Below, in pieces: positions 1 through 10,984 of a stretch of DNA of 64,000 nucleotides. The DNA lies in contig CBDCJH010000001.1 in assembly GCA_965217775.1 (NCBI GenBank), forward strand, positions 1 through 64,000, in the 5' to 3' direction. The stretch's first letter is position 1; each line of letters begins with the position of its first letter. Both the position numbers and the translations under genes were made by a program. The notes beneath the pieces are model-generated. The model worked only from the letters and a program-made list of their open reading frames with translations, did no database searches and was not told the origin of the DNA. The DNA comes from Acidobacteriota bacterium. Its GTDB lineage: Bacteria; Acidobacteriota; UBA6911; RPQK01; JAJDTT01.

Positions 1-31
1 ATCTGGCGGACGAGGCTTCGCCGTAATCTGA

Positions 32-1021
32 ATGGGGACAGTGACAATGAGAACCCTTATCAGGCTGACCTTGCTGTCGAGTTTTCTGATCCTTCTGGCT
101 TCCTGCGGCGGCCGCAAGGGCGCGGATCTTCAGGAGGGGGCCGTGGCGCCCGACAAGACCCTCTTCGAGAACGGGATGAAGTTCCTGGGCAAGAAGCACT
201 TCATCAAGTCGCGCCTCTCCTTCCAGACACTCATCAGCACCTATCCCGAGAGCGAGTACACCCCGACCTCGTTCCTCTCCATCGCCGACTCCTACTACGA
301 GGAAGGAGGCAAGGAGAACCTGCTCCAAGCGGAGGCCCAGTACAAGGACTTCATCATTTTCTACCCCACCCATGAAAGCGCGGACAACGCCCAGATGAGG
401 ATCGCCGCCATCAACTACCGGCTCATGAAGCCTCATGACCGGGACCCCACCTACACCCGCAAGGCGGAGATCGAACTGAAGAAGTTCCTGGAGGACTTCC
501 CGGACAGCGAGTATGTGCCGACGGCGGAAGAGTTTCTCCGGCAGGTGCGCGAGGAACTGGCCATGGGGGTCCACGGGGTCGGCGACTTCTACTTTGGGAA
601 GGAACGATACTCAGCCGCGGCCAACCGATTCGAAGAGGTGGTGGAGGAATACAACGAGTTCAGCCGGCTCGACGCGAGCCTGTTTCACCTGGCCGTGTCT
701 CTGGAGAATCTGGGACGGGTCGAGGAAGCGACGGTCTACTATTCCTTTGTGGCGCGAGAATATGAGTTCAGCCCCTACTTCGACAACGCCAGGGAGAAGC
801 TGATGCTTCTGGAAAGGCCGGTCCCGCAGTTGGACCAGGCCAAGGCCGCACGGAACCTGGCCCGCATGAAGCGATACGAGAAGGAAGGATTCTCCATCCT
901 CTCCCCCGTCCGAGGCGTCTTGGGGATCTTTACCGGACGCGAGGATCCCTACGAGGTGGCGCGCCGCCGCGCCGAGCAACGCCAGATGGAGGAGTCCGGG
1001 GGCGACGAATCGCTTCGTTGA
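32..1021 (+). CDS. bamD: Outer membrane protein assembly factor BamD (TPR lipoprotein)
   Basis: Lipobox LASC; TPR-like helices with YP-S-Y and FYPTHE motifs; RDPTYT resembling the BamD RDQ motif. Start could be ATG 47. Confidence 0.85.
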   Translation: MGTVTMRTLIRLTLLSSFLILLASCGGRKGADLQEGAVAPDKTLFENGMKFLGKKHFIKSRLSFQTLISTYPESEYTPTSFLSIADSYYEEGGKENLLQAEAQYKDFIIFYPTHESADNAQMRIAAINYRLMKPHDRDPTYTRKAEIELKKFLEDFPDSEYVPTAEEFLRQVREELAMGVHGVGDFYFGKERYSAAANRFEEVVEEYNEFSRLDASLFHLAVSLENLGRVEEATVYYSFVAREYEFSPYFDNAREKLMLLERPVPQLDQAKAARNLARMKRYEKEGFSILSPVRGVLGIFTGREDPYEVARRRAEQRQMEESGGDESLR

Positions 1022-1089
1022 CCGAGCGCCGATCAAGCCCCGACCATTCCAGGAACGGCCGTCGATCCGGGGTTGAATTCCCGGTTCCA

Positions 1090-1123
1090 TCGCGGAGGGG
1101 CCCCTCCGCGAGTCTGTTATAAT
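1090..1123 (+). promoter_or_regulatory. Extended -10 promoter (TGTTATAAT, 1115-1123) for valS, preceded by a perfect 22-bp palindrome (1090-1111)
   Basis: TCGCGGAGGGGCCCCTCCGCGA followed by TGnTATAAT about 48 nt upstream of the valS TTG. Confidence 0.55.
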
Positions 1124-1170
1124 CCCTCGTTCTTCTAGCCCGATCCATCGATTCAACCGGGGCATTCGGA

Positions 1171-3816
1171 TTGATCAACCTGCCCAAGACCTACGAGCCG
1201 AAACGAGTCGAACGGAAGTGGTACACCCACTGGGAAGAGAGGGGCTACTTCGAGGGCGGCACCGATTCCGGAAAGCCGGCCTATTCCATCGTGATTCCTC
1301 CGCCGAACGTCACCGGCTCCCTGCACATGGGCCACGCCCTCAACTGCACGCTCCAGGACATCCTGATCCGATGGAAGCGGATGAAGGGCTTCAACACCCT
1401 CTGGCTGCCGGGCACGGACCACGCGGGAATCGCCACCCAGAACGTGGTGGAACGCCAGTTGGCAGAGGAGGGGAAGACCCGTTCGGACCTGGGCCGGACC
1501 GCCTTCGAGAAGCGGGTCTGGAAGTGGAAGAAGATAGCGGAGGACAACATTCTCTCCCAGATCCGCAAGCTGGGATGCTCCTGCGACTGGAGCCGCCAGA
1601 GGTTCACCTTGGACGAGGGGCTGTCCCGGGCAGTGAGAGAAGTCTTCGTCCGCCTCTACGAAGAGGGGCTCATCTACAAGGGGGAGTATCTGGTCAACTG
1701 GTGTCCCCGTTGCCGCACGGCCATCTCGGATCTCGAGGTGGAGTTCGCCCCCACCCGGGGCCACCTGTGGCATATCCGTTATCCGGTCAAGTCTTCGGAC
1801 GAGTTTCTGGTGGTGGCCACCACTCGTCCCGAGACCATGCTGGGGGACACCGCCGTAGCGGTTCATCCCGATGACGGCCGCTACCACCACCTCCGGGGCC
1901 GAACCGCCGTCCTGCCCTTGATGGACCGGGAAATCCCCATCATCGAGGACACCTTCGTCGACCGCGAATTCGGGACCGGAGCCGTAAAGGTCACGCCGGG
2001 ACACGACCCCAACGATTTCGAAGCGGGCCGGCGCCATCAACTGCCCATCGTGAAGGTGATCGACGAGGACGGCCGGATGACGGCCGACGCGGGAGCTTTC
2101 GCCGGACTGGATCGCTACCAGGCCCGGCGGCGGGTCGCCGCCGAGTTGGAACGCCTGGGTTTGCTGGAGAGTGTCGAGACCCACGACCACAACGTGGGGC
2201 GGTGCCAGAGATGCTCGACGGTGGTGGAGCCTCTGGTTTCGACGCAGTGGTTCGTCCGGGTGAAGCCGCTGGCCCAGACCGCTCTCCAGGCCGTGGAGGA
2301 CGGTTCGACCGTTTTTGTGCCCGGCAATTACACGAAGATCTATGCCGACTGGATGACCAACATCCACGACTGGTGCATCAGCCGGCAACTCTGGTGGGGA
2401 CACCGCATCCCCGCCTGGACCTGCGAGGACTGCGGCCACTCGACCGTGGCCCGAACCGAGCCCGAATCCTGTTCCCGCTGCGGAAGTGCCCGGCCGGTTC
2501 AGGAATCGGATGTCCTGGATACCTGGTTCAGTTCCGGCCTCTGGCCCTTCTCGACCCTGGGTTGGCCGGACCGGACGCGGGACCTGGAGACCTTCTATCC
2601 CACCAGTGCTCTGGTCACGGGATTCGACATCATCTTCTTCTGGGTCGCCCGCATGATGATGCTCGGCCTCCGCTTCCGCGGTGACGTGCCCTTCAGGAAA
2701 GTGTTCATCACCGGACTGGTCCGGGACCAGCATGGGCAGAAGATGTCCAAGTCCAAGGGCAACATCATCGACCCGCTGGAGGTCATCGAGGAGTACGGGT
2801 GCGATGCGGTCCGTTTCACGCTGGCGGTCTCAGCGGCCCCCGGAGCCGACATCCCCTTCTCCATCAGCCGCATGGCCGGCTACCGGGCCTTCTGCAACAA
2901 GATCTGGAACGGCGCCCGTTATCTGCTGCTGAACCTGGACCAGGAACTGAGCGCCGATGAGGAGGATATCGGCCGGCTTTGGGAGAAGGGTTCCCTGCGG
3001 CTGGAGGACAGATGGATTCTGGGCCGGCTCCAGCAGATCAACCAGGACACGGAAAGGAACCTGGAGCGGTTCTTCATTCACAGCGCCAGCAACGATCTCT
3101 ACCACTTCTTCTGGCATGAGTTCTGCGACTGGTACGTCGAGTTGATCAAAGGGCGAATCAGCGCCGGCGACACCGTTGCCGGCCAGGTCGCTGCCCAGGT
3201 TCTGGAGCGCTCGCTCCGGCTGCTCCATCCCTTCGTGCCCTTCCTGACGGAGGAACTTTGGCAACGGCTCCCGCATTCGGGCGAAACCATCATGCTGGCC
3301 CCCTATCCGGAGGCCCGGCCGGAATGGATCGACCAGGATGACATTCACCACATGACCCAACTCCAGGAGTTGATCACGGCTCTGCGAACGGCTCGAGCCG
3401 AGAACAACATCGACCCCAGGAGGCGCCTTCCCGCCGAGTTCACCTGTTCGTTTCCGACCCGCAGTTTCCTGGAATCTCAGACTCACCACCTGAAGAATCT
3501 GGCCCGACTCAGCGAGATCGAATTCCCGGACGGACTGAGCCGGGAAGGACTGCGTATCACCGGCGTGGCCAACACGACTCAGTTCTCCCTGCGGCTGGAC
3601 GAGGCCATCGATCTGGCAGCGGAGAAAGACCGGCTGCAACGTCAGATCGGCCGGCTCGAGGAAGATCGGATTCGGCTCGACCGCAAACTGGACAACGAAA
3701 ACTTCGTTCGCAAGGCTCCGGCCCACATCGTGGACGGCGCTCGACGGCGCCGGCAGGAAGTCGGGACTCAGTTGAAACGGCTTCAGGATATGCTCCATGG
3801 ACTTCCTGAGCCTTGA
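1171..3816 (+). CDS. valS: Valine--tRNA ligase
   Basis: [14 protein letters not shown] (HIGH), [21 protein letters not shown]-terminal coiled coil. Confidence 0.98.
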   Translation: MINLPKTYEPKRVERKWYTHWEERGYFEGGTDSGKPAYSIVIPPPNVTGSLHMGHALNCTLQDILIRWKRMKGFNTLWLPGTDHAGIATQNVVERQLAEEGKTRSDLGRTAFEKRVWKWKKIAEDNILSQIRKLGCSCDWSRQRFTLDEGLSRAVREVFVRLYEEGLIYKGEYLVNWCPRCRTAISDLEVEFAPTRGHLWHIRYPVKSSDEFLVVATTRPETMLGDTAVAVHPDDGRYHHLRGRTAVLPLMDREIPIIEDTFVDREFGTGAVKVTPGHDPNDFEAGRRHQLPIVKVIDEDGRMTADAGAFAGLDRYQARRRVAAELERLGLLESVETHDHNVGRCQRCSTVVEPLVSTQWFVRVKPLAQTALQAVEDGSTVFVPGNYTKIYADWMTNIHDWCISRQLWWGHRIPAWTCEDCGHSTVARTEPESCSRCGSARPVQESDVLDTWFSSGLWPFSTLGWPDRTRDLETFYPTSALVTGFDIIFFWVARMMMLGLRFRGDVPFRKVFITGLVRDQHGQKMSKSKGNIIDPLEVIEEYGCDAVRFTLAVSAAPGADIPFSISRMAGYRAFCNKIWNGARYLLLNLDQELSADEEDIGRLWEKGSLRLEDRWILGRLQQINQDTERNLERFFIHSASNDLYHFFWHEFCDWYVELIKGRISAGDTVAGQVAAQVLERSLRLLHPFVPFLTEELWQRLPHSGETIMLAPYPEARPEWIDQDDIHHMTQLQELITALRTARAENNIDPRRRLPAEFTCSFPTRSFLESQTHHLKNLARLSEIEFPDGLSREGLRITGVANTTQFSLRLDEAIDLAAEKDRLQRQIGRLEEDRIRLDRKLDNENFVRKAPAHIVDGARRRRQEVGTQLKRLQDMLHGLPEP

Positions 3817-4639
3817 TCCCCTGCTTCGCCAAGCCCTCCAGGAGGACCTGGGGCGAGGCGACATTACGACCGAGGCCATACTGCAGTCCAATCCCCATGC
3901 CGATGGGGTCCGGACGGCTCAGGTTCTGGCTCGCCAGCGTATGGTTCTGGCCGGTTGGCCGGTCTTCATCCGGGTTTTTCAGCTCCTGGGTCCTGTCACC
4001 GGCCGGATCCGATATGGCGAAGGGGACTGGGTCGAGACGGGCTGCATGGGAACCCTGGAGGGGTCCGTTTCCATCCTCCTGAAAGCTGAGAGAGTCGCTT
4101 TGAATTTCCTTCAGCGACTCTGCGGGATCGCCACCCGGACCCGCGGCTGCGTGGACCGGGTCGGTTCCAGCCGTGTCCGGGTGCTGGACACTCGCAAGAC
4201 CACGCCGCTCTGGCGCAGCCTGGAGAAATACGCGGTCAGAATGGGCGGCGGACAGAATCACCGGATGGGCTTGGACGACGGCGTTCTCATCAAGGAAAAC
4301 CACATCGCCGCCGCCGGGGGCGTCGCCGCGGCCGTGCGGGCGTGCCGGGAGCGCTGCGGTCATCTGCAGCGGATCCAGGTGGAGGTCACCCATCAGGGGG
4401 AACTTGCCGACGCTCTGGACGCCGGAGCGGACGCCGTCCTGCTGGACAACATGCCGGTGGAGGAAGTCCGGCGATCGGTCGCCGCCTGCGCGGGCCGGTG
4501 TCTGGTGGAGGTCTCAGGCAGCATCACCGGCCAGAACCTCCAAGCTTACGCTGAGACCGGCGTCGACTTCATTTCCATGGGTTCCCTGACCCACTCCGTC
4601 GCCTCCAGCGACATCAGTCTGATTCTGGACCGGGATTGA
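3797..4639 (+). CDS. nadC: Nicotinate-nucleotide pyrophosphorylase (carboxylating)
   Basis: [44 protein letters not shown]. Confidence 0.96.
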   Translation: MDFLSLDPLLRQALQEDLGRGDITTEAILQSNPHADGVRTAQVLARQRMVLAGWPVFIRVFQLLGPVTGRIRYGEGDWVETGCMGTLEGSVSILLKAERVALNFLQRLCGIATRTRGCVDRVGSSRVRVLDTRKTTPLWRSLEKYAVRMGGGQNHRMGLDDGVLIKENHIAAAGGVAAAVRACRERCGHLQRIQVEVTHQGELADALDAGADAVLLDNMPVEEVRRSVAACAGRCLVEVSGSITGQNLQAYAETGVDFISMGSLTHSVASSDISLILDRD

Positions 4640-4658
4640 GGGAACTCTGAGTTCGAAT

Positions 4659-5270
4659 ATGCGTTTCGGGCAGTTGGACTACCTGGCCAGGGTCGACTCG
4701 ACCAGCGACTACCTGAAGGTGTTCACCGAATCGGGGAAGGCCCGCGTGGCCGTCGCCGAGGAGCAGACCGGGGGGCGCGGACGCTTCGGACGCTCCTGGC
4801 ATTCCCCGGCGGGCATGGGACTCTACGCGTCCTATCTCTGCTTTCCCGCCTCCGAAGTGCGCCGGGCCGAGGACCTGACCCGGGCCGCGGCCCTGGGTGT
4901 GGTGCGAGCCATTGCCACCTGGAGCGGCCCGGAGGCGGCCCTGTGCATCAAACTGCCCAACGACGTGCTGTTGGGCGGCAAGAAGTGCGCCGGCATCCTG
5001 ATCGAGATGGGCACCCAAACGGAACGAATCCAGTGGGCCATCGTCGGCATCGGAGTCAACCTCTTTCATCGGTCGTTCCCCGGTGAGTTGGCCTCCACGG
5101 CCACCTCGCTGTCTCGGGAAGGAATACGCGTGCCCAACCTGATGGCCTTCTGCCGGGAACTGACGCACCAACTGGAGCGGACCCTGTCGAGCCTGGAACA
5201 GGGTCACCGCCGACAGCTCAGGCGTGACTTCCAGGAATACGTCCTGGCCGGCAGCATCAACTCAAGATGA
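4659..5270 (+). CDS. birA: Biotin--[acetyl-CoA carboxylase] ligase without an N-terminal HTH (class I)
   Basis: VDSTS, QTGGRGRFGRSWHSP, KLPNDV, KCAGIL, GIGVN; short (203 aa), C-terminal SH3-like part apparently absent. Confidence 0.88.
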   Translation: MRFGQLDYLARVDSTSDYLKVFTESGKARVAVAEEQTGGRGRFGRSWHSPAGMGLYASYLCFPASEVRRAEDLTRAAALGVVRAIATWSGPEAALCIKLPNDVLLGGKKCAGILIEMGTQTERIQWAIVGIGVNLFHRSFPGELASTATSLSREGIRVPNLMAFCRELTHQLERTLSSLEQGHRRQLRRDFQEYVLAGSINSR

Positions 5271-6205
5271 GTCCCTCAATGTCAAAAGAACGACCCGGCT
5301 ATTTCGGACGATTGAAGAGAGCGCTTCAGGCGACCCGCCAGGAGCTGAGCCGAAGGGTGAACGAATTGCTGGGACCTCGGGAGAGCCCCATCTCACCGGA
5401 ACAACTGGAGGAGTTGGAGTATCTTCTCATCGGGGCCGACCTGGGAGTCGAGACCAGCGAAACCCTGGTGGAAAAGATCCGCCAGAGCAGCCGGGGAAAA
5501 CGGCCGATCAGTGCCGGGCAGGCTCGGAAGCTCCTGGCTTCCGAACTCCTCGACCTGTTCGAGGCTCCGGGTTGGCGGGAGGAATGGGTCCGGAAACCCC
5601 ACGTGGTCCTGGTGGTGGGAGTCAACGGTGTCGGCAAGACGACGACCATCGGCAAGCTGGCCCATCGTTACGCCCGGGCCGGCAAGAGCGCCATCGTCGC
5701 GGCGTCGGACACGTTTCGTGCCGCCGCGGTGGAACAACTGAGCGTCTGGTGCCGACGTAGCCGGGCCGACCTGATCATGCAGCGGGGCGGCACCGATCCC
5801 GCGGCGGTCTTGCACGACGCCTTGCAGGCGGCGAAGGCCCGTAACAAGGACGTCCTCATCGCCGATACGGCCGGCCGCTTGCACACCAAGCGAAATCTCA
5901 TGGAAGAGGTCAAGAAAATGGCCCGTGTCGCCGGCAGGCTGGTTCCCGGTGCGCCTCACGACGTCTACCTGGTTCTGGACGCGACGACCGGACAGAACGG
6001 TCTGATCCAGGCTCGGGAGTTCTTGACCGCCCTTGGCGTCACCGGAATCGTCGTCACCAAGCTGGACGGCACGGCCAAAGGGGGGATCATCGCCGCAATC
6101 GCCAGTCAGTTGAAGATTCCCATCCGTTTCGTCGGCACGGGAGAGGGGTTGGAGGACCTGACGCCCTTCGATCGCCAGACCTTCGTGGACTCTATCCTGT
6201 GCTGA
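5267..6205 (+). CDS. ftsY: Signal recognition particle receptor FtsY
   Basis: [37 protein letters not shown]. Confidence 0.97.
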   Translation: MSPSMSKERPGYFGRLKRALQATRQELSRRVNELLGPRESPISPEQLEELEYLLIGADLGVETSETLVEKIRQSSRGKRPISAGQARKLLASELLDLFEAPGWREEWVRKPHVVLVVGVNGVGKTTTIGKLAHRYARAGKSAIVAASDTFRAAAVEQLSVWCRRSRADLIMQRGGTDPAAVLHDALQAAKARNKDVLIADTAGRLHTKRNLMEEVKKMARVAGRLVPGAPHDVYLVLDATTGQNGLIQAREFLTALGVTGIVVTKLDGTAKGGIIAAIASQLKIPIRFVGTGEGLEDLTPFDRQTFVDSILC

Positions 6206-6206
6206 A

Positions 6207-6364
6207 CAGCCGGTGGCAAAAGTCGTCACGGCATTCGACCGTCCCTGCATCCCGGCGGACTGCGTTGCGACTCGGTCACATACTCCCGGTATGCTCCCTC
6301 ATCGCGCCTTGTCCGGCGGGCGCAGGAACGGTCTCGGTGCTCGCGCGACTTTCACCACGGACTG
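6207..6364 (+). mobile_element. 158-bp MITE, copy 1
   Basis: Near-identical to 25191-25348 and to the reverse complement of 51754-51911; imperfect 19-bp TIRs; flanks TGAA/TTAA. Confidence 0.85.
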
Positions 6365-7511
6365 TTAAAATCGGCGTCACGGCTTCCTGCATCGCCGCCT
6401 TGATGCCGGCCCCCAGGTCGATACGGGAGCCCAGTTCCAGAAGACAGACCTCAATGGCCGAAATCACCGCGAAGACATCGACCAGATCGAAGTAGCCCAG
6501 GTGTCCGATACGAATGATCTTCCCCTTCAGTACGCCCTGCCCGCCCGCCACGACGATCCCGAAGCGCTCCTGAAGGATTTGGATCAGCCTGGCCGCGTCG
6601 ATCCCCGGAGGCGGAAAGCAGGCGGTCAAGGCGTTGGCGGGCGCGGAGGAGAGCTGTCTGAAACCGAGGGCTGCCAATCCTCGCCGCGTACAACGCGCCC
6701 GGACCTCGACCTGTTCCAGAATCCGGTCCAGACCCTGCTCGACCATTTCCCGGCTCGTCTTGTTCAGCGCCTGCACCAGAGCCACGGCCGGGGTCAGCCC
6801 CGTCTGCCCCCGGCGCTGTCCCTTCACCTCCTTGAGAAGGTCGAAGTAGAAACGCGGTCCGGGACAAGCCCGGATCGCGGTCAGCGCCCGGGAGCTCAGA
6901 GACAGAAAGGAGAGGCCGGGCGGGATCGCAAAAGCCTTCTGGGCGCCGCCGATGACCACGTCCAGGCCCCAGGCGTCCGTCTCCACCGGCTGACTCCCCA
7001 AAGCCGTGATCGCATCCACCACCACCAGGACGCCGGGGAAACGGCTGCGGACCATCCGGGCGATGGATTCCAGGTCGTGGATGGTGGCGGTGGAACTCTC
7101 GCAGCCCTGGATCAACAGGGCACGGATATCCGGGTTGGCCTCCAGAGCGCGTTGGATCTCCAGGGTCGAGGCCGCTTCGCCGTACGGTTTCTCCAGAACT
7201 TGGCAGGGCACGTTGAAGGCCCGGCAGATCCGGACCCAGCGATCACCGAACTTCCCGGCAGAGACCGCCAGGGCTCGGGTCTCGGAGGAGAGGAGGTTGC
7301 TCACCGAAGCTTCCATGGCTCCGGTCCCGGACGCAGTGAGGATGACGATGTCGTTGTTGGTCCTGAAGAGAGCCTGAAGGTGGGATCGAGTCTCGAGCAG
7401 CAGCTCCCGGAACTCGTCCTTGCGATGGTGGACCAGGGGACTGGCCATGGCCAGTTGTGCGGACGGTGAGACGGGAGTCGGTCCGGGTGTGAATATCCGG
7501 GTTCGCCTCAT
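6276..7511 (-). CDS. PLP-dependent class V aminotransferase (alanine-glyoxylate/serine-pyruvate family); last ~29 codons come from the MITE
   Basis: FTPGPT, SGTGAMEA, VDAIT, GAQKAFAIPPGL (PLP lysine), IRIGHLG. Confidence 0.92.
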   Translation of the reverse strand: MRRTRIFTPGPTPVSPSAQLAMASPLVHHRKDEFRELLLETRSHLQALFRTNNDIVILTASGTGAMEASVSNLLSSETRALAVSAGKFGDRWVRICRAFNVPCQVLEKPYGEAASTLEIQRALEANPDIRALLIQGCESSTATIHDLESIARMVRSRFPGVLVVVDAITALGSQPVETDAWGLDVVIGGAQKAFAIPPGLSFLSLSSRALTAIRACPGPRFYFDLLKEVKGQRRGQTGLTPAVALVQALNKTSREMVEQGLDRILEQVEVRARCTRRGLAALGFRQLSSAPANALTACFPPPGIDAARLIQILQERFGIVVAGGQGVLKGKIIRIGHLGYFDLVDVFAVISAIEVCLLELGSRIDLGAGIKAAMQEAVTPILTVRGESRASTETVPAPAGQGAMREHTGSM

Positions 7512-7605
7512 GCGCGCATGATACCACGGGGCCGGATCCGGCCCGCCGGGAAGAAGTGAGGTAACTCAGGCAATACCCCGCCTTCAGGCTGAATACGAGA
7601 CCACG

Positions 7606-8574
7606 TCAGATCCGCAACAGCGAGAGCCGGGGATCGACCCTGCATCCGATTTCGATCCCGGCCCAACCAGGCAATATCCCAGCGTAGACGCTACGGAAAT
7701 CCACAGTGTGAACCAGATCTCCGGACGGCGTCAGCTCTTCGCGAGACAGTCCGGGGTGGCGCCCGTGCAGCCCCGGGACCACGCCCTTGCCGATGATGAA
7801 CATGGGATTGGCGGTTCCGTGGTCGGTGCCGAAGGTCCCGTTCTCCGCCAGGCGGCGTCCGAACTCGCTGAAGATCACGACGACGACCTGCTTTTCCCGG
7901 CCGCGGCGGGTCAGATCGTCCAGGAAAGCGGTGACGGCGGTGGAAAGCGTGGAGAGGAGGCCGGCATGGATTCCCCGGGTCGGATTCCCCGGAACAACCT
8001 GGAAGGCATGGGTGTCGAAGCCGCCAATAGACGTGTAGAACACCCGGACTTCCGTCCCGGCTGCGATGATACGGGCGATGGCCGCCAGATTTGCGGCCAG
8101 AGCCCTATCCGTCACCCGCATTCCAAGTTCCGGCAGGCATCGGCGGTCCGGAATGCCGCCCTCAGCCCCGGTTTCCAGCCGGGCCGTATGCCAGATCTTT
8201 CGGGACCGAAAATGGGATCGATTCGGATCGGGATAGCCCACTCCTTGAACCAGAGCCATCTTCCCCGCGTCGAACAACCGCTTGAATCCTTCGAGCGCGG
8301 GATGGAATCCGACGGCGTGGTCCAGCTTCAGGACGTCCGCAGGAGGAATGGCCAGATTCGGGCGCTGCCGGTAGTAGTCATCTAAACCGTGCGGGACCTG
8401 CGAGTTGAGGCCATCGCAGCCGCCGGCCAACTCGATGAACACCACTACCCGCCGGGGGTCAGCCGGTCCCGCCGACGATGCCCGGGACGGTTCCAGATCT
8501 TGCGAAAGAAAGGCCGTTGCCAAAGAGGTACTGGAAAACAGGCACGACTTGCGAAGAAACTCCCGCCGCTTCAC
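7606..8574 (-). CDS. DUF1501 family protein with Tat signal, apparently shortened internally
   Basis: MKRREFL; LAGGCDGLN, GVGYPDPNRSHFRS, GGFDTH, SEFGRR, GTDHG, VDFRSVY. Confidence 0.85.
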   Translation of the reverse strand: MKRREFLRKSCLFSSTSLATAFLSQDLEPSRASSAGPADPRRVVVFIELAGGCDGLNSQVPHGLDDYYRQRPNLAIPPADVLKLDHAVGFHPALEGFKRLFDAGKMALVQGVGYPDPNRSHFRSRKIWHTARLETGAEGGIPDRRCLPELGMRVTDRALAANLAAIARIIAAGTEVRVFYTSIGGFDTHAFQVVPGNPTRGIHAGLLSTLSTAVTAFLDDLTRRGREKQVVVVIFSEFGRRLAENGTFGTDHGTANPMFIIGKGVVPGLHGRHPGLSREELTPSGDLVHTVDFRSVYAGILPGWAGIEIGCRVDPRLSLLRI

Positions 8575-8698
8575 CCGGCCCTCCAGTGTTTCCCAGTCTT
8601 CGGAGTTCCTCGCATCCCGTGGAGACTTTCGACAAGGGTTTCTATACTACAGCACAAGCATTCGGCGATTCGGCCGATGCGGGGACGGGAGTGGCGTC

Positions 8699-9541
8699 TT
8701 GCGACTGAAACATGCGATCTGCAGTGAAATCTTTGGGGAACAGGACTTAGCCCGGACCTGCCGGACCGTTCGCCAACTGGGGTACCGGGGCCTGGAGGTG
8801 GCCCCGTTCACACTGGCCGACTCGGTGGACGAGATCCCGCCCCGCCGTCGACGGCAGATTCGGGAAACCATCGAGGGAGAGGGAATGGTCTGCTCGGGGA
8901 TCCACTGGCTCCTGGTCAAGCCCAGGGGACTCCATCTGACGACCCGGGACCGGACCCTGAGGGAGAAGAGTTGGTCCTATCTCTCACGGCTCATCGACTT
9001 CTGCGCGGACCTGGGGGGGCATCTCATGATCCTCGGCTCGCCCCAACAGCGGAACACTCGGGACGGAATGACGGCCCAAGAAGCGCTGGGACGACTCGCC
9101 GAGGGACTGTCCGAGCTGGCCCCCGCAGCGAGGGACCGGGACGTGACGCTCCTGATGGAGGCCGTTTCAAGCGAGGAGACGGATGTGGTCTCCACTCTCG
9201 CCGAAGCGGTCGAAGTGGTGGACCGGGTCTCCCATGGTCACGTCCGGACCATGTTCGACTGTCACAACGCCGCCGATGAGGGGGGCGACTTCCTCAGTCT
9301 GGTCGAGCGTTACTGGTCCCGAATTCGCCACGTTCACGTGAACGAGATCGACGGCCGCCATCCCGGCACCGGAGACGTGGACTTCGAACGCCTTCTCCGA
9401 TTCCTTCGGGATCGGAACTATGGGGGCTGGGTCTCCTTGGAGGTCTTCGATTTCCGGGCCGGCGGCGAGCGAATTGCCCGAGAAAGCATCTCTTACCTCC
9501 GAGAGATTGAATCGAGGCTGGATTCGTCCTCGAACCATTGA
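8699..9541 (+). CDS. Sugar phosphate isomerase/epimerase (xylose isomerase-like TIM barrel)
   Basis: GYRGLEVAPF, MFDCHN, HVHVNE, WVSLEVF; TTG start chosen because the upstream part of the ORF overlaps the opposite-strand gene. Confidence 0.85.
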   Translation: MRLKHAICSEIFGEQDLARTCRTVRQLGYRGLEVAPFTLADSVDEIPPRRRRQIRETIEGEGMVCSGIHWLLVKPRGLHLTTRDRTLREKSWSYLSRLIDFCADLGGHLMILGSPQQRNTRDGMTAQEALGRLAEGLSELAPAARDRDVTLLMEAVSSEETDVVSTLAEAVEVVDRVSHGHVRTMFDCHNAADEGGDFLSLVERYWSRIRHVHVNEIDGRHPGTGDVDFERLLRFLRDRNYGGWVSLEVFDFRAGGERIARESISYLREIESRLDSSSNH

Positions 9542-9548
9542 CACCACC

Positions 9549-10871
9549 ATGCTCCCATGCCGAGCGGATGGCCTGGACCGTCGTGATTTCCTGATCGCCA
9601 CGGCGGGCCTCGGATCGTCGGCCGGTGCCCTTTTTGCGTCCACACCGAGGCCACAGGAGCCTCCCAGGCGGAGAAGAACAGGACCCATGAAAATCACCGG
9701 AATAAAGACCTACATGTTCAACGTGCCGACTGGAAGTGCTCCTCCCAAGAAGGGGGTCCGAAGGAGCATCGCCAGCAGCTTCAAGACTTGGCTGTTTCTC
9801 AAGATCGAGACCGATACGGAGCTCTCGGGATGGGGGGAGGCCAGTATCGAATGGCTCTCGCCGGCGGTGAAGACGACGCTGGAGGGCTGGCGGGAACTCC
9901 TGGTAGGACAAGATCCTCTGAACGTGGTCGCTCTTTGCGACGACATCTCGGACCGGCTTCCCTGGAAGGGCGGACCGGTTCTGGGTTCGGCCCTGGCGGC
10001 GGTGAACATGGCCTTGTATGACATCGCCGGCAAGGCTTGGGGTGTCCCCGTCTACCAGATCCTGGGAGGCCGGAAGCGAGATCGAATCCGCGTCTACCAT
10101 GGCGGGATCAGCTTCGAATCGATCCAGGAGGCCGTGGCCCGGGCTCGCACCGCAGTCGCCTCGGGAGTTCGAGGCCTCAAGGGGAATCCACTGGAAATGC
10201 GGACCTGGCCCATGGACCGGGGAGCCTTGGACGAGTGCGTCCGGATCGTGGCGGCCGTTCGGGAGGAGGTGGGACCGGAGATCGACCTGATGCTGGACAC
10301 CCACGGCAGTCCCACTCCGGCCCTGGCCATCGCCTTCGCCGAGGCCGTGGCTCCCTACAAGCCTCTCTTCCTGGAGGAGCCCTGCAAGGTGGGATCCATC
10401 GCGGCGCTCAAGGAGATCTCGGCGCGCAGCCCGGTTCCCATCGCTACGGGGGAAAAGCTCTTCTCCTACCGGGAGTTCAAGGAAGTCATCGATGCCCGAG
10501 CCTGCGCTTTTCTCCAGCCTGATCTGAGCCACAGCTTCGGCATCACCCAGTTCCTGGCCGTTTCACGCCTGGCCGAAGAGGCCCAGATCCTGATGGCGCC
10601 CCACAACGCGTCGGGGCCCATCCACTTGGCGGCCCTGTTTCAGGCGGATGCCGTCATCTCCAACTTCCTGGTCCAGGAAGCCTGGGGATTGGAGCGGATG
10701 GACCGGTACGTGGAGCATGATCTCTCCCTGGTCGACGGCCACGTCCGGCTGAGCGACCGTCCCGGTCTCGGGATCCGGGTCAAGGAAGCCGACATCGCCA
10801 AACTTCGCTATGACGCCGAAATGTCCTACCGCCAGTACCGGCACGCGGATGGCAGTTGGAAGGGCTGGTGA
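9549..10871 (+). CDS. Mandelate racemase/muconate lactonizing (galactonate dehydratase-like) enzyme with Tat signal
   Basis: LDRRDFL; MALYDIAGK..GVPVYQILGG, LMLDTHG, FLEEP, IATGE, APHN, PGLG. Confidence 0.9.
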   Translation: MLPCRADGLDRRDFLIATAGLGSSAGALFASTPRPQEPPRRRRTGPMKITGIKTYMFNVPTGSAPPKKGVRRSIASSFKTWLFLKIETDTELSGWGEASIEWLSPAVKTTLEGWRELLVGQDPLNVVALCDDISDRLPWKGGPVLGSALAAVNMALYDIAGKAWGVPVYQILGGRKRDRIRVYHGGISFESIQEAVARARTAVASGVRGLKGNPLEMRTWPMDRGALDECVRIVAAVREEVGPEIDLMLDTHGSPTPALAIAFAEAVAPYKPLFLEEPCKVGSIAALKEISARSPVPIATGEKLFSYREFKEVIDARACAFLQPDLSHSFGITQFLAVSRLAEEAQILMAPHNASGPIHLAALFQADAVISNFLVQEAWGLERMDRYVEHDLSLVDGHVRLSDRPGLGIRVKEADIAKLRYDAEMSYRQYRHADGSWKGW

Positions 10872-10886
10872 GGACGACGACGAGGC

Positions 10887-10911
10887 GTAGGGGCGCCCCT
10901 TGTGGGCGCCC
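10887..10911 (+). repeat. GTAG-family REP-like palindrome
   Basis: GTAGGGGCGCCCCTTGTGGGCGCCC; relatives at 54305-54329 (-) and 55486-55510 (+). Confidence 0.75.
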
Positions 10912-10984
10912 TCTTCGGTCCAAACCGCAACAAGACGGGACCAGACGAAGAGTCGGCGACCCATGCGGCATGTTGCCGCGGAAG

